Positions 55,141 to 56,772 of a stretch of DNA of 56,772 nt are shown here, piece by piece. Source of the DNA: Acidobacteriaceae bacterium (GTDB lineage: Bacteria > Acidobacteriota > Terriglobia > Bryobacterales > Bryobacteraceae); NCBI GenBank assembly GCA_025360145.1, contig JANYCV010000437.1:1-56772 (forward strand), given 5' to 3'. Every line of letters begins with the position of its first letter. Within the stretch, counting starts at the first letter, position 1. The translations under genes were made by a program, and so were the position numbers. The notes below the pieces were generated by a model. It was not told the origin of the DNA and made no database searches. It saw only the letters and a list, made by a program, of their open reading frames with translations.

Positions 55141-56772
55141 ATGATGACCGCACTCACAGCACGCAACTCCGCCTTGCCTTTGAGCGAAAACAGCAACCTC
55201 CTGAAGTGGGTAGAGAAAATGGCCCGGCTGACCAAGCCCGCCGCGATCCACTGGGTGGATGGCTCGGACACGGAGAATCAAGCCCTCTGCGCCGGGATGG
55301 TGGAGAGTGGCACGTTCATTAAGTTAAACGAAGATCTTTGGCCGGGCTGCTACTATGCACGTTCGGACGCCAACGATGTGGCCCGCGTGGAAGACCGCAC
55401 ATACATCTGTTCGCTTTCAAAGGACAGTGCCGGCCCCACCAACAACTGGGAAGATCCGTTCAAGATGCGCAAGAAGCTGAAGGCCCTTTTTCTCGGCTGC
55501 ATGCAGGGGCGCACTATGTACGTGCTGCCGTACAGCATGGGTCCGGTGGGATCTCCCATGTCGCAGATTGGCGTGCAGTTGACGGATTCGCCGTACGTAG
55601 TGGTGAACATGCGGATCATGGCGCGCATCGGCATGCCTGTGTTTAAGGAGATCGATAAAGCGGAGAAGCGCGTTGTGCCGTGCATGCATACCGTGGGCGC
55701 ACCTCTCGCTTTGGGGCAGAAGGACGTGCCGTGGCCTTGCAACGGCGAGAAGTACATAGTTCACTTTCCGGAAACCCGCGAGATCTGGTCGTACGGTTCC
55801 GGCTACGGCGGCAATGCGCTGCTTGGAAAGAAATGCTTCGCCCTCCGCATCGCCTCCAACATCGCGCGCGATGAAGGGTGGATGGCGGAGCATATGCTGA
55901 TCGTCGGAGTGGAAAGCCCGGCCGGCGAAAAGACGTACGTGGCAGCCGCGTTCCCCAGCGCCTGCGGTAAAACGAACTTTGCCATGCTGATTCCACCCGC
56001 CGGATTCGAAGGCTGGAAGGTGTGGACGGTCGGCGACGACATTGCCTGGATCAAGCCCGATGCCGAAGGCCGCTTGCACGCGATCAATCCCGAGGCTGGA
56101 TTCTTTGGCGTCGCCCCCGGCACATCGGTGAAGACCAATCCCAACGCGATGGCGACGCTGGCACGGAATTCCATCTTCACCAATGTGGCGCTCACTCCGG
56201 ACGGTGGCGTGTGGTGGGAAGGGATGACCGAAGAACCGCCGGCGGAATGCATCGACTGGCTCGGAAAGCGGTGGACGCCGCAGATCGCGAAAGCGACGGG
56301 CGCCAAGGCCGCGCATCCGAACTCGCGCTTCACCGCGCCGGCGAGCCAGTGTCCGACGATTGACCCGGCATGGGAAGCACCGAACGGAGTGCCGATCAGC
56401 GCCATCATTTTCGGTGGACGCCGCGCCACCACAATGCCTCTGGTCTACCAGGCTTTCAACTGGAGTGCGGGCGTGTATATCGGCGCAACCATGGGTTCGG
56501 AAATGACGGCCGCCGCGACCGGCGCCGTGGGCACCGTGCGCCGCGATCCCATGGCCATGCTGCCGTTCTGCGGCTACCACATGGGGGACTATTTCCGGCA
56601 TTGGATGCAGATGCAGCGCTCGCTTAGTGAGACGCCGCGCATCTTCCACGTGAACTGGTTCCGCAAGGACGCAAACGGACAATTCATGTGGCCGGGCTTC
56701 AGTGAGAATATGCGGGTTCTGAAGTGGATTGTCGACCGTGCGCGCGGCCGCGCGTTGGGCCGCGAAACGCCG
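55141..56772 (+). CDS. pckG: Phosphoenolpyruvate carboxykinase (GTP), 3' end outside window
   Basis: Not in the ORF track because it has no in-window stop. Hand translation from the ATG at 55141 gives 544 codons with no stop. Motifs present: [74 protein letters not shown]. Confidence 0.9.
   Translation, partial: MMTALTARNSALPLSENSNLLKWVEKMARLTKPAAIHWVDGSDTENQALCAGMVESGTFIKLNEDLWPGCYYARSDANDVARVEDRTYICSLSKDSAGPTNNWEDPFKMRKKLKALFLGCMQGRTMYVLPYSMGPVGSPMSQIGVQLTDSPYVVVNMRIMARIGMPVFKEIDKAEKRVVPCMHTVGAPLALGQKDVPWPCNGEKYIVHFPETREIWSYGSGYGGNALLGKKCFALRIASNIARDEGWMAEHMLIVGVESPAGEKTYVAAAFPSACGKTNFAMLIPPAGFEGWKVWTVGDDIAWIKPDAEGRLHAINPEAGFFGVAPGTSVKTNPNAMATLARNSIFTNVALTPDGGVWWEGMTEEPPAECIDWLGKRWTPQIAKATGAKAAHPNSRFTAPASQCPTIDPAWEAPNGVPISAIIFGGRRATTMPLVYQAFNWSAGVYIGATMGSEMTAAATGAVGTVRRDPMAMLPFCGYHMGDYFRHWMQMQRSLSETPRIFHVNWFRKDANGQFMWPGFSENMRVLKWIVDRARGRALGRETP

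Noticed and set aside
55417-56682. 421-aa minus-strand ORF, the largest listed ORF in this region
   Set aside because: It is antisense to the GTP-PEPCK gene. That gene is not in the ORF track because it lacks an in-window stop, but it carries all the PEPCK signature motifs. The minus-strand product is Arg/His-rich noise.

Overview
The window looks like a GC-rich chromosomal segment from an Acidobacteriota-like genome. That placement is inferred from gene content: CarboxypepD_reg-type TonB-dependent receptors, ASPIC/UnbV (CRTAC1-like) proteins, an acidobacterial-type VWFA protein and many TPR proteins. Most of it is tightly packed core and envelope genes. These include a CHASE3/PAS histidine kinase with its receiver, two enolase-superfamily sugar-acid dehydratases, tandem TlpA-like redoxins and tRNA-Arg(CCG). 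A yebC-ruvC-...-deoB gene string follows, then UPF0182 and a pyrR-(kinase)-pyrB-pyrC cluster. Further along are thrB, an amidase, and an ASPIC / TonB-receptor / four-TPR-gene cluster. The rest comprises moeA-moaC-mogA, a VWA protein, a MEMO1-family protein, a pterin dehydratase, a serine-hydrolase/NamZ fusion, a second TonB receptor, a gluconolactonase, a Zn-ADH and a 3'-open GTP-PEPCK gene that is missing from the ORF track. Accessory or decayed material is limited. It consists of a toxin-antitoxin islet next to the tRNA (BrnTA, an orphan VapB-like antitoxin, a decapitated ASPIC gene), an AT-richer solitary nucleotidyltransferase gene, a 5'-truncated IS1595-type transposase, a receiver-domain remnant, and several REP-like GC-rich hairpin repeats, one of them in a CRISPR-like 37/36/37-nt arrangement. 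I found no convincing complete new multi-gene system such as a defence island. The most unusual items are a MEMO1-family protein with a PqqD/RRE-like N-terminal extension and no system partners, an orphan CHASE3 kinase wedged into the pyr operon beside a 21-bp-stem hairpin abutting pyrB, an orphan intrinsic terminator upstream of that gene string, and the translationally coupled TPR quartet. All functional calls come from reading motifs in the supplied translations and from memory of the families. No searches were run.
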